Assembly: GCA_038087875.1 (NCBI GenBank)
Contig: CM075989.1
Location: forward strand, 2,294,001-2,358,000
Source: Malacoraja senta
Lineage: Eukaryota
Direction: 5' to 3'
DNA length: 64,000 nt
Positions 51,281 through 62,572 of the stretch are shown in pieces. The position numbers and the translations under genes were made by a program. The notes beneath the pieces are model-generated. The model did no database searches and was not told the DNA's origin. It was given only the letters and a program-made list of their open reading frames with translations. How positions within the stretch are numbered: position 1 is the stretch's first letter; every line of letters begins with the position of its first letter.

Positions 51281-52164
51281 CGACCATTCCTTCCTACACA
51301 TCTATCCTGGCAAACCCCCTCCCAATCTTATGAATCAATCAGATCACATTACATTCTTCTCAACTCCAAATCTGCTCAATCGTTCGACAAAAGTCAACCC
51401 CTTCATCGGAGGAACCAACCGAGTGATATTTCCAGGTTTGGCCTCACCAAGACATGTATTTTTGTCTCAAGACTGATCTACTCTCTTGCAATTAAGGCCA
51501 ATAGTTCATTTGCCTTCCTTTTAACTTGCTGGCTCTGCATACTTGTTTTGTGCTGCAATCACTAAAATCCATGCTGGTGAATCGATGTTGAATACTTTCT
51601 AGAGTTATCATATACTCTCAAGAAAAGAAAGTAGTACATTCTCATGGTGGACTAATCAGATGCAATTGTCGAGTTAATTTGATTGTGTCTCCAGAACAGT
51701 TTAACCTAATGAACCAAAGATACACTTGCTTCTATTGTTTCTGTATACAGATACACCATGGAAACCCAGTGGCCCATTAGCCCACTGAGTCCACGCCGAA
51801 CACCAATCACTTGTTCACACTAGTTCCACGTTATCTCACTTTCCCATCCACTCCCAGCACACCAGGGGCAATTTACAGAGAGCCGATTAACCTACAAACC
51901 CACAAGTCATTGGGATGTGGGAAAATCCCGGAGGAAGTCCAAGAGGTCACTGGGAGAACGTGCAAACTCCACACAGTCAGCACCCTGGGTAAGGATCGAA
52001 CCTGGGTCGCTGGCACTGTGAGGCAGAGGCTCCAGCCACTGCACCACTGTTCTATTCATATTTTAGTCAAAGCCAAGGCCAGCATTTATGGCCCAATTTT
52101 AATTGCTTGGAGAATGTAGTGGTGAGCCACCTTTTTGAGCCACTGCAGACTGTGTATTGAAACA

Positions 52165-52596
52165 AGCAGCTGAGCTTGTACACTCTGGAGTTTAGAAGGA
52201 TGAGAGATGATCTCATTGAAACATATAAGATTGTTAAAGGTTTGGACACGCTAGAGGCAGGAAACATGTTCCCGATGTTGGGGGAGTCCAGAACCAGGGC
52301 CACAGTTTAAGAATAAGGGGTAAGCCATTTAGAACGGAGACGAGGAAACACTTTTTCTCACAGAGAGTGGTGAGTCTGTGGAATTCTCTGCCTCAGAGGG
52401 CGGTGGAGGCGGGTTCTCTGGATACTTTCAAGAGAGAGCTAGATAGGGCTCTTAAAGATAGCGGAGTCAGGGGATATGGGGAGAAGGCAGGAACGGGGTA
52501 CTGATTGGGGATGATCAGCCATGATCACATTGAATGGCGGTGCTGGCTCGAAGGGCCGAATGGCCTACTCCTGCACCTATTGTCTATTGTCTATTG
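52165..52596 (+). mobile_element. CR1 3' fragment
   Basis: Near-identical to 23940-24370; (CTATTGT)n tail. Confidence 0.9.
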
Positions 52597-53109
52597 AAAC
52601 CTCCAAGTGTGATTTGTCGGTGGTGGTGTTCCTGTGATCTCTGTCAGTGACGAAGGCTGTGGTTGGGACCAGCCATCAATGGGGCTTCAGCGAATTGCCA
52701 CAGATGGTAAATAGTGCACTGTAGATTATTCACACAGTTGGCACACACCACAGTCACCTTGTGTCAGAGACAGAGCCAGAAAATCATGACGGTTATCAAT
52801 AAAATGTATCAATATTATTGATATTTATAATTATTATCCATTTCTAAATGATGAGATGGGATGACAATCATCTCAGCTAATGTGACAAGAGTGGTTTTGA
52901 GCTTCTCAGGTGGTCTGTGACTTGGAACCGTACAGGCAAAAGCAGTAACAAAGGCCAATGACGTCACGTTTCACGACATATACTCCTTCATCTCTGCTGC
53001 TGATGGGAATCAGAGCCCCTTTGAACATTCCCGCCCCCCACGACCAACACTCCTGGCTGCTTTACAAACCATCTGCAAAATGTACTGCAGCAACTCACCA
53101 GTCCTGCAA

Positions 53110-53475
53110 AACTCTTGAGGGATTGGGCAGGCTAGATGCAGGAAAAAGGTTCCCCTTGTTGGGGGAGTCCAAAACCACAGTTTAAGAATAAGGGGTCGGT
53201 CATTTAGGACTGAGACGAGGAAAAACGTTTTCACCCAGTTGTGAATCTGTGGAATTCTCTGCTACAGATGGCAGTGGAGGCCAATTCACTGGATGTTTCC
53301 AAGAGAGAGTTGGATATAGCTCTTGGGGCTAATGGAATCAAGGGGTTATGGGGAGAAAGCAGGAACGGGATACTGATTTTGGATGATCAGCCATGATCAT
53401 ATTGAATGGCGGTGCTGGTTTGAAGGACAAAATGGCCTACTCCTGCACCTATTTTCTATGTTTTTATGTTTCTAA
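53110..53475 (+). mobile_element. CR1 3' fragment
   Basis: Homologous to the other CR1 3' ends. Confidence 0.85.
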
Positions 53476-55768
53476 TCCATGATCATAATTTTTTTGAAGG
53501 GAAAAAGGGAAACATTGCTACCCAATATGTCCTCTGAGTTACCCTGACTTGGAAATCTGTCTTCTGTTGAGTTGAGTTGAGTTTAGTTTATTGCCACATG
53601 TACCGAGGTGAAAAGTTTTGTTGTGTGCAGTGGAAAGGCAATACATGATTACAATCGAGCCATTCGCAGTGTACAGATACATGATAAAGGGAATAACACG
53701 AATGACGAATAGGCCAAGATAAAGTCCAGAAAAGTCTGTTCAAAGATAGTTCAAGAGTTTCCATTGAGGTAGAAATTAACTCAGGACTGCTCTTTAGTTG
53801 TTGGTAGGATGGTTGTTTTAGAGATATAGCATAGAACTGGCCCTTCAGTTCATCGAGTCAATGCCGACCAGTGATCACCTGTTCACACTAGTTCTATGGG
53901 GATCATGACAGAAGCCTCCTCGTGGCGATCCCCGGAAACGACAACGCGATGCACTCAGTGACGCATCGGGCGACCAATTCTGTCAACATGTTGGACGACG
54001 ACGGAAGCCAACGACGAGCTATGCATCATCTGACACACGAGCGAACGAACTAGTTCCAGATTATCCCGCTTTCCCATTCATTTCTTGCACACTAGGGACA
54101 ATTTGTCAAGGCTAATTTAGATCTAGTTTAAAGATACAGTATGGTAAAAGGCTCTTCAGCCCACCAAATCCACGCTGACCATCCATCTTCAGCTCACATT
54201 AGTTCCTCACTACACACTCGAGGCAATTTACACAGGTCCAATTAACATACAAATCTGCACGTCTTTGGGATTTTTCGAGGAGATCGGAGCACCGGGAGGA
54301 AACCCACATGGTCATGGGGAGAACATGCACACTCCACACTGACAGCAGCCGAGGTCAGGATCGATCCCGGCTCTCTGGCGCTGTGAGGCAGCAGCTCTAC
54401 CAGCTGCGCCACCGTACCGCCCCCACGTTGCAGGCATGAAATCCTGAAACTCTCCATCTTGACAACTCCAGTAATAGTTTCAGTACCTAGATATGGTTGA
54501 AGGTAGCAGTTTATTAACGCTGTCTCAAATGCTGGTCTTGCCCGTTGGAAGCCACGTCATGGTCAATACCAGGTCAATGAATGGTATTCACATATCGTGT
54601 ACTATGTGTATCAGTCCACATGGAAGAATACCCAATCAGTTTTCACACCCAAAGGGGAAAGGGGAGCGCATGGAAATTAAGATGAAATTCAGAGACAGAG
54701 CATTGTTGTTCATTGTGGTAGCTCTGGATTGAGGCCGTGGTGTATCGCCATGACGAGTGTTCCTGAAGAGTGAAGAGTGAGGAGTGAAGAGAGCCACAGC
54801 AAGAGATGGAGGAATAGTATTCATTGTCATCAATGTGGCAACGTACAAATAAAGACAGAATGGACTCGGTGGGCTGAAGGGCCTGTTTCTCCAAACTAAG
54901 CTACCCAGCTCTGGATTAGTGGCCGACTAATTAGTTTTTCAATTCACTGACAGTGTGATTGTCAACCAAAACACTGCTTAAACATGACTCAAATGTTGCT
55001 GTCTGAACAATCTCACACACTGGTAGAATTCATCCCTCTGCCCAAACAATTACTTTATCGTACAGCTCACAGGTGGCTTAGCGGGGCAGCGGGTAGAGCT
55101 GCTGTCCCCCAGCACCAGAGACCAGGGTTCCAACCTGACCTCAGGTCCTGCCCGTGTGGGGTTTGCACGTTCTCCCTGAGATGCGTGGGTTTCCTCCGGG
55201 TGCTCCGGTTTCCTCCCACATCACAAAGGCGTGCGGGTTTGTAGGTTAATTGGCCTCTGTAAATTGCCCCTAGTGTGTAGAGTGGAGGAGAAAGCAAGAT
55301 AACATGGATCGATGGTTGGCATGGACTCAGTGGGCTGAAAGTCCAGTTTCTATGCTGTATCTGTTAACTAAAATGATCACAGGAGCTTCTAAAATGTGCA
55401 ATCATGCTTCAGGCAAATGCATGTGGGGCGCAAGGCCAAATGAAGACTCCTCAGAGGGCAAAGAATATATTTGGACATCATTCAGTCATCATTTTAAGAC
55501 GATACATTTCATCCTTGTGTTCACATAATTGCTGAGAGATAAGAAAAAGTATCTTCCAATTTCTGTTCCATCTCTGACAATATTTACAGTTTGGATCAGG
55601 ATGTCCACAGAAATGACACATTATGATTGCATTCTGAGCTTGTATGTGCTGAGACAGAGCCACTCACCCAGCTGGCTGCTAAATAATGGAAAACAATTTA
55701 TACCAAGTTAGACACAGACTGCTGGAGCAATTCAGCGGGAGAGGCAGCATCTCTGGATAGAAGGAATG

Positions 55769-55799
55769 GGTGACGTTTCGGGTCGAGACCCTTCTTCAG
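55769..55799 (-). ncRNA. Minimal hammerhead ribozyme motif in a Penelope-derived repeat
   Basis: Identical to the motif at 12510-12540. Confidence 0.55.
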
Positions 55800-56511
55800 A
55801 CTGAGAGTCAGTGTAAACCAGCATCTGCAGTTCCTTCCTACACAATTTATAACAAGTGTTCCCGATTCCCACAAAACCACACAACAGATCACCAGTGTAA
55901 GAGGAATCGTCTGTGAATGAGGTGGGTAGTACTGAAGCACGGAGAAGAAACATCCAAGAATTGAACTTGTAAAGGAGTGCCAGATGGCCAACAATATAAT
56001 TTTTTATTACCGAAGCTTCAAAGAGATAAATAGCATTGTAGAATTGATATGAACAAATTATTCTTCATGTCAAAAACACACAAGTAATATCTCCCCTCAG
56101 ATGAGGCAGTGAAGGTTCAAAACAGGAACAGATTGATTGAAACATACAGCATGGAAACAGGCCTTTCGGCCTACAGAGTCCACACCGACCATCGATCACC
56201 TGTTCACAATAGTTCCATGTTATCCCACTTTCTCATCCACTCCCTACACACTGCGGGCAATTTACAGAGGCCAATTAACTTACAAACCCGCACGTCTTTG
56301 GGATGTGGGAGGAAACTGGAGCACCTGGAGGAAACCCATGTGGTCACCTGGAAAATGTGCAAATTCTACACATACAACACGCAAGGTTAGGATTGAACAC
56401 AGGTCTCTTATTCCTTGGAGTGCAGGAGGCTGAGGGGTGATCTTATGGAGGTGTACAAGATCATGAGGGGTTTACCCGAAGTAGGGGAATCAAGAACCAG
56501 AGGACATAGAA

Positions 56512-57517
56512 AGGAGGAGCCATCTTGGGGAATGGCTGCTAACCAGCAGCTGTCCGTTAAATTCACTTTTTTTCCTTAGTTTTTAGTTGTTTTTTTGTCT
56601 ATGTCTGTTGGGGAATTTTGACTTTTCATGTGGGGGGGTAAGGGGGAAACTATTTTCTAGGTCCCTACCTGGTCGGTGAGGCAGATTTTTCTCCGGGCTG
56701 CCCCGTCGACCCGTCCTTGCGGCCTACCAACGGGCCTGGAGCGGCGTTTCCTGGCGGGGACTGCCCAGCACCTTCAGCTTCGGTGGCGGCACAGCGCTGG
56801 AGCGCTATCGCGGAGTGGAGCGGGCGATGCCTTGCCTGGGTCGCCGCGCTGGATCGACGCGCTGGAGCTCCGGTGAGCTGTGACCGCCGAGGTCAACACC
56901 TCCGGGCTGCGGGACTGCGGAGCGGCCAGCCGCGGGCGGCGGCGCCGACTCTATCATCGACTTCAACATCGGAAGCCTGGGAGCTCCAAACCGGCGCGGC
57001 CTTGTCGGCTTCGGAAGCCGCGGCCTCCGGTCAGGAATGCGGCCGTTCCAGGTGGCCCAGCCGCTGAGAGGACTCTCCCGACGCCGGGGCAACAGCACCC
57101 GGTGAGAACGGCCAGGAACATCGGGCCTCCGTAGAGGCAATAGCGGAGGCCTCAATAGGCCTGACTTTGGGAGAACTGGGGATGGGGACTGGACATTGTG
57201 CCTTCCCCCACAGTGGTAACCATTGTGGGGGGATGATTTTTGTGTGTAGTGTCTATTTTAGTCTGTGTCCAAGATGGCGGTCGGAAGGGAGAGTGGACGC
57301 TGTCGCGGTTTAGCTGCCGCTGCTCTCTCTTCACATTATGTTTCTGATTTTTTTGTCTTTGGATCGAATTCTGTCTTTAATTTGTGTATTGGTGATGTCT
57401 TTATAATTTATTTTACTCCGATTATATGTTTCTTACTTGTTAAACTCTGTAAGGTGTCCTTGAGACTTTGGTATAAGGCGCCCATAAATAAAATATATTA
57501 TTATTATTATTATTATT
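56512..57517 (+). mobile_element. ORF-less CpG-rich retroposon with L2-like tail, inserted in a CR1 remnant
   Basis: Ends TGTAAGGTGTCCTTGAG...AGGCGCCCATAAATAAAAT then (TAT)n; CR1 sequence resumes with ACATAG on both sides. Confidence 0.65.
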
Positions 57518-58435
57518 TACATAGGTTTAAAGTGAGAGGGGAAAGATTTAATAGGAAATTGAGGTGTAACTTTGTCATGCAGAGGGTGGTGGGTATATGG
57601 GACAACCTGCCAGAGGAAGTGGTTGAGGCAGGAACTATAACAATATTTAAAAGATATTTGGACAGGTATATGGATAAGAAAGGTTTAGAGGATTATGGGC
57701 CAAATGCAGGCAAGTAGGACTAGTGTAGATGAACATTTTGGTTAGCATGGGCAAGTTGGACATGGGCTGTTCGAATGCTGTATGGTTCTCTGACAAACCC
57801 CAATCATGAGTAATTAGTAAGAATACAAATAACACTACAGAAAAGAACAAATTTCAAGCAAAATATATTATGAAAATATATTTAATATTTCACATTTCAC
57901 CTGAATGTTAGCCCTCAGTTTCACCATGCATTGGTTCATTAATGCCCCATCTCCAGCTAATGGGAATGGCTACCAAGGGGAGGACCACACCAACAACTCT
58001 GTCAGATACATCGAGCCCTTCAGTCCTCTGAGGGCAATTATAACACATATCCACATTCATTATAGTTTTATGCTGTTCTCTTTCGTTCCATTTCCGGCTC
58101 TGGACTTTTACATTTATTTCGTCCTCCTCTTCTCCCAGCCCTAAGTTGTTCACTTTCTTTGATGCTGGTGCACTGATGCCTCATCAGTGGTGACATCAAT
58201 GAAGTCAAACAAGGACTGCGACATGGTGATATGAACAAACTGTGTGAAGATACAGCTAACAGAATCAAGGGATATGGGTAAAAAGCAAGAACGGGGTACT
58301 GATTGGGGACGATCAGCCATGATCATATTGAATGGCGGTGCTGGCTCAAAGGGCCGAATGGCCTACTCCGGCACCTATTTTCTATGTTTCTATGTTTCTA
58401 AGATCTGTGATCATAGATATTGGCATATTAACAAC

Positions 58436-59075
58436 TGAACCTTAAATGGGGGGGCCACCATCGACTCCACAGTCAAAAAGGCACAACAGAGGATGTACTT
58501 CCTACGGCAGCTGAGGAAGCACAATCTGCCACAGGCAATGATGGTCCAATTCTATACGGCCATCATAGAGTCTGTTCTTACCTTCTCCATCATGGTCTGG
58601 TTTGGCTCAGCCACCAAGCATGACATCCGGAGGCTGCAGTGAATCGTCCGATCAGCAGAGAAGGTTATTGGCTGCAACCTTCCCTCCAGTGACAAACTGT
58701 ACACTGCAAGGGCCAGGAAGCGAGCGGGTAAGATCATCTCTGACCCCTCTCACCCTGGCCACAAACTCTTTGAACCACTTCCCTCTGGAAGGCGAATCCG
58801 GACTGTCAAAGCTGCCACAGCCAGACATAAAAACAGCTTTTTTTCCACGAGTAATTGCTCTATTTAATAACCAATAATCTGTAGCCTCCTTTTGCTCTGG
58901 TATTTTATTTAATTCACATGTTTAATCAATAATGTTTTATTATTAATGTTTAATGTTTTATGTGTCATTCTTAACTGTCACTGTAGGTCATGTTGTTACT
59001 TGTGGGCGGAGCACCAAGGCAAATTCCTTGTATGTGAATACTTGGCCAATAAACTTATTCATTCATTCATTTATT
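58436..59075 (+). mobile_element. Rex1/Babar 3' fragment
   Basis: Near-identical to 7000-7573; (ATTC)n tail. Confidence 0.9.
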
Positions 59076-59854
59076 CAAAGTTTTATATTATTTGTTTGGT
59101 AAAGGGGATACATTTGGTGTGAATCAGTACCTTTGTGCAGCTCTGCAAGTCTTTGGCTGCTTAGCTTGGTTTAGAGATACAACACGGAAACAGGCCCTTC
59201 GGCCCACTGAATGCATGCTGACCATCGATCTCCCCTTCACACTAGTTATATGTGATCCCACTTTCATATCCACCATCTTCACATTCGGGGCAATTTACTG
59301 AGACCAATGAACCTACAAATCTGCAGGTCATTGGTATGTGGGAGGAAACCGGAGCACCCGGAGGAAACCCACCTTGATATAAAGAGAACGTGCATACTCC
59401 ACATGGACAGCACCTAAGGTCAGGATTGAACCTGGGTCTCTGACGCCGTGAGGTAGTAGATCTACTCGCTGCGCCACTGTGCCATCCCCCCCCCCCCAAC
59501 CCCCCACCATGTCTGTTGTGGAGATTGTGTTCAGCAAGTCATTAACATCCAGCAAAATAGGCTGCAGAGCCCACAGTGTGATACACAAGCAATGTAAGGA
59601 GATCAAACAGCTTATTGAGACACAAGGATCTGCAGTTGCTGAAATCTTCAGTTAAACACATGGTGCTGGAGCATGTCAGCCGGTCAGGCAGCGTCTGTGC
59701 AGAGAATGGGCAGACAGCATTTCTGGTTCAGACTGCAGAGGGGTCCCAGCCTGATACATAGATGTCCTTCTGCCAGCACTGTGTTTTGCTCAAGCAGGAT
59801 ATGTGTGTGGTTTAGACAAATGGCTCTTCAGAGGTTGTCTCTGGAACTTATTAT

Positions 59855-60490
59855 ACAATAGACAATAGACAATAGGTACAGGAATAGGCCATTCGGCCCT
59901 TCGAGTCAGCACCGCCATTCAATGTGATCATGGCTGATCATCCACAATCAGTACCCAGTCCCTGCCTTCTCCCCATATCCCCTGACTCCGCTCTCTTTAT
60001 GAGCCCTATATAGCTCTCTCTTGAAAGTATCCAGAGAACCGGCCTCCACCGCCCTCTGAAGCAGAGAATTTCAAGACTCACAACTCTCTGTGTGAAAAAG
60101 TGTTTCTTCTTCTCCGTTTTAAATGGATTACCCCTTATTCTTAAACTGTGTGTGGCCCCTGGTTCTGGACACCCCCAACATCGGGAACATGTTTCCTGCC
60201 TCTAGCATGTCCAAACCCTTAATAATCTTACATGTTTCAATAAGATGCCCTCTCATCCTTCTAAACTCCAGAGTATACAAGCCCTGCCTCTCAGCATATG
60301 ACAGTCCCGCCATCATGGGAATTAACCTTGTGAACCTACGCTGCACTCCCTCAATAGCAAGAATGTCCTTCCTCAAATTAGGGGACCAAAACTGCACACA
60401 AGACTCCAGGTGTGGTCTCACTAGGGCCCTGTACAACTTCAGAAGGACCTCTTTGCTCCTATACGCAACTCCTCTTGTTATCAAGGCCAA
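59855..60490 (-). mobile_element. CR1 3' fragment
   Basis: RPHLESCVQFWSP; (ACAATAG)n tail on +. Confidence 0.9.
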
Positions 60491-61789
60491 TATACGGTTT
60501 CTATGGACTTTGTTCGAGCATAAGGAACAATTAGTCACACGGCACAATGGGTGACTAACTCCAAGTCATATTTATTGTTTACCAACAATGTTCCATCTAC
60601 CACTGTCATGTGCAGCAGAGCTCTATACATGCAGCAGGAGGAGAGAATTAGTCTTTTCATCGAGTTTAACTTCACTGTTGATTCCTTCCTGTTGTGATTG
60701 ATAGTACAGGTGGGTGCCTTACCCATTGGAGTATTCTCCTTTACACAATGAACAATTAATTGATGAAGCAGAGTACTTATGTAAATGAAATTTCTAATCC
60801 AACTCATCAATTGGACTGGATTTAAATCGGTGCCAGGAGCTTTAGGTCTTTAGGCAGTCTATTAATATTTGACTTTATTGTGCTGGAGGTTGCCTCAGCT
60901 CAATGTCACTATCACAAGTGAACATTGTGTACTAATCTGGACAACACGGGTTACAAATTGTACCAAGCAGCGTCATAAACTTAATCTAAAACGTGGTCTC
61001 TGCAATGACTTGCCATACTTCGGAAATGTAATCATAGCCCTCCGTGCCAATGGCAGTTTTATGCCAGGAGATACTGGGCACATTTGAGTGGTGCCAGTCA
61101 GTAGTTTGATTCCCAGTGCAGGTGGCATTGGTGCTGACTGATCCCTGCTGCGAAGATAGGCACAAAATGCTGGAGTAACTCAGCGGGACAGGCAGCATCT
61201 CTGGATAGAGGGAATGGGTGACATTTCGGGTCCAGACCCTTCTGAGTCTGAAGAAGGGTCTCCACCCAAAGCGTCACACATGCCTTCTCTCCAGAGATGC
61301 TGCCTGTCCCACTGAGTTACTCCATGTGTGATTTTATGTCTAACTTTGTGTTTTATTGTCATATGTCACAGCCAGAACAATGACATTCTTACTTGCAGCA
61401 GCACAACAGAATATGTAAACATAGTTATTCTGTAAACAATGTCATAAACAACCACAAAATGTCAGTATATATAGGCAATCAAGAACTAGAGAACATAGGT
61501 TTAAGGTGAGAGCGCAAAGATTTCACAGGAACCTGAAGGACAACGTTTCCACACGGACAGTGGTAGGTATATGGAATGAGCTGCCAGAGGAGGTAGTTGG
61601 GACACATTTAAAAGACATTTGGACAGGTACCTGAGAGGAAAGAGTTAGAGGGATTATGCATCAGATGGGACGAGCTTAGATAAGCGTTTTGTCGGCATGA
61701 GGGCCTGCTTTTGTGCTGTATGGCTCCAGACTCCATTGCTTGTACACCTTTTTGTGATGTTCTTACCTCCCTCCAACAGCTGCTGATTC

Positions 61790-62572
61790 CTTGTGGGGCT
61801 GCAGTGTGTGGGCCTGTAGTGTGTGGGGCTGTAGTGTGTGGGGCTGCTATATGTGGGCCTGTAGTGTGTGGTCCTGTAGTGTGTGGGGCTGTAGTGTGTG
61901 GGGCTGCTATATGTGGGCCTGTAGTGTGTGGGGCTGCTATATGTGGGCCTGTAGTGTGTGGGCCTGTAGTGTGTGGGGCTGTAGTGTGTGGGCCTGTAGT
62001 GTGTGGGCCTGTAGTGTGTGGGGCTGCTATATGTGGGCCTGTAGTGTGTGGGGCTGTAGTGTGTGGGCCTGTAGTGTGTGGGCCTGTAGTGTGTGGGGCT
62101 GTAGTGTGTGGGGCTGTAGTGTGTGGGGCTGTAGTGTGTGGGCCTGTAGTATGTGGGGCTGTAGTGTGTGGGGCTGTAGTGTGTGGGGCTGCTATATGTG
62201 GGCCTGTAGTGTGTGGGCCTGTAGTGTGTGGGGCTGCTATATGTGGGCCTGTAGTGTGTGGGCCTGTAGTGTGTGGGCCTGTAGTGTGTGGGGCTGCTAT
62301 ATGTGGGCCTGTAGTGTGTGGGCCTGTAGTGTGTGGGGCTGTAGTGTGTGGGGCTGTAGTGTGTGGGCCTGTAGTATGTGGGGCTGTAGTGTGTGGGGCT
62401 GTAGTGTGTGGGGCTGCTATATGTGGGCCTGTAGTGTGTGGGCCTGTAGTGTGTGGGGCTGCTATATGTGGGCCTGTAGTGTGTGGGGCTGTAGTGTGTG
62501 GGCCTGTAATATGTGGGCCTGTAGTGTGTGGGCCTGTAGTGTGTGGGCCTATAGTATGTGGGGCTGCAGTAT
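61790..62572. repeat. 15-bp minisatellite (~52 units)
   Basis: Units GTAGTGTGTGGG(C/G)CT with the variant GCTATATGTGGGCCT. Confidence 0.97.

Noticed and set aside
54505..54764. Minus-strand terminal exon (strong pyrimidine tract, downstream AATAAA)
   Set aside because: There is no recognisable protein or partner exon.
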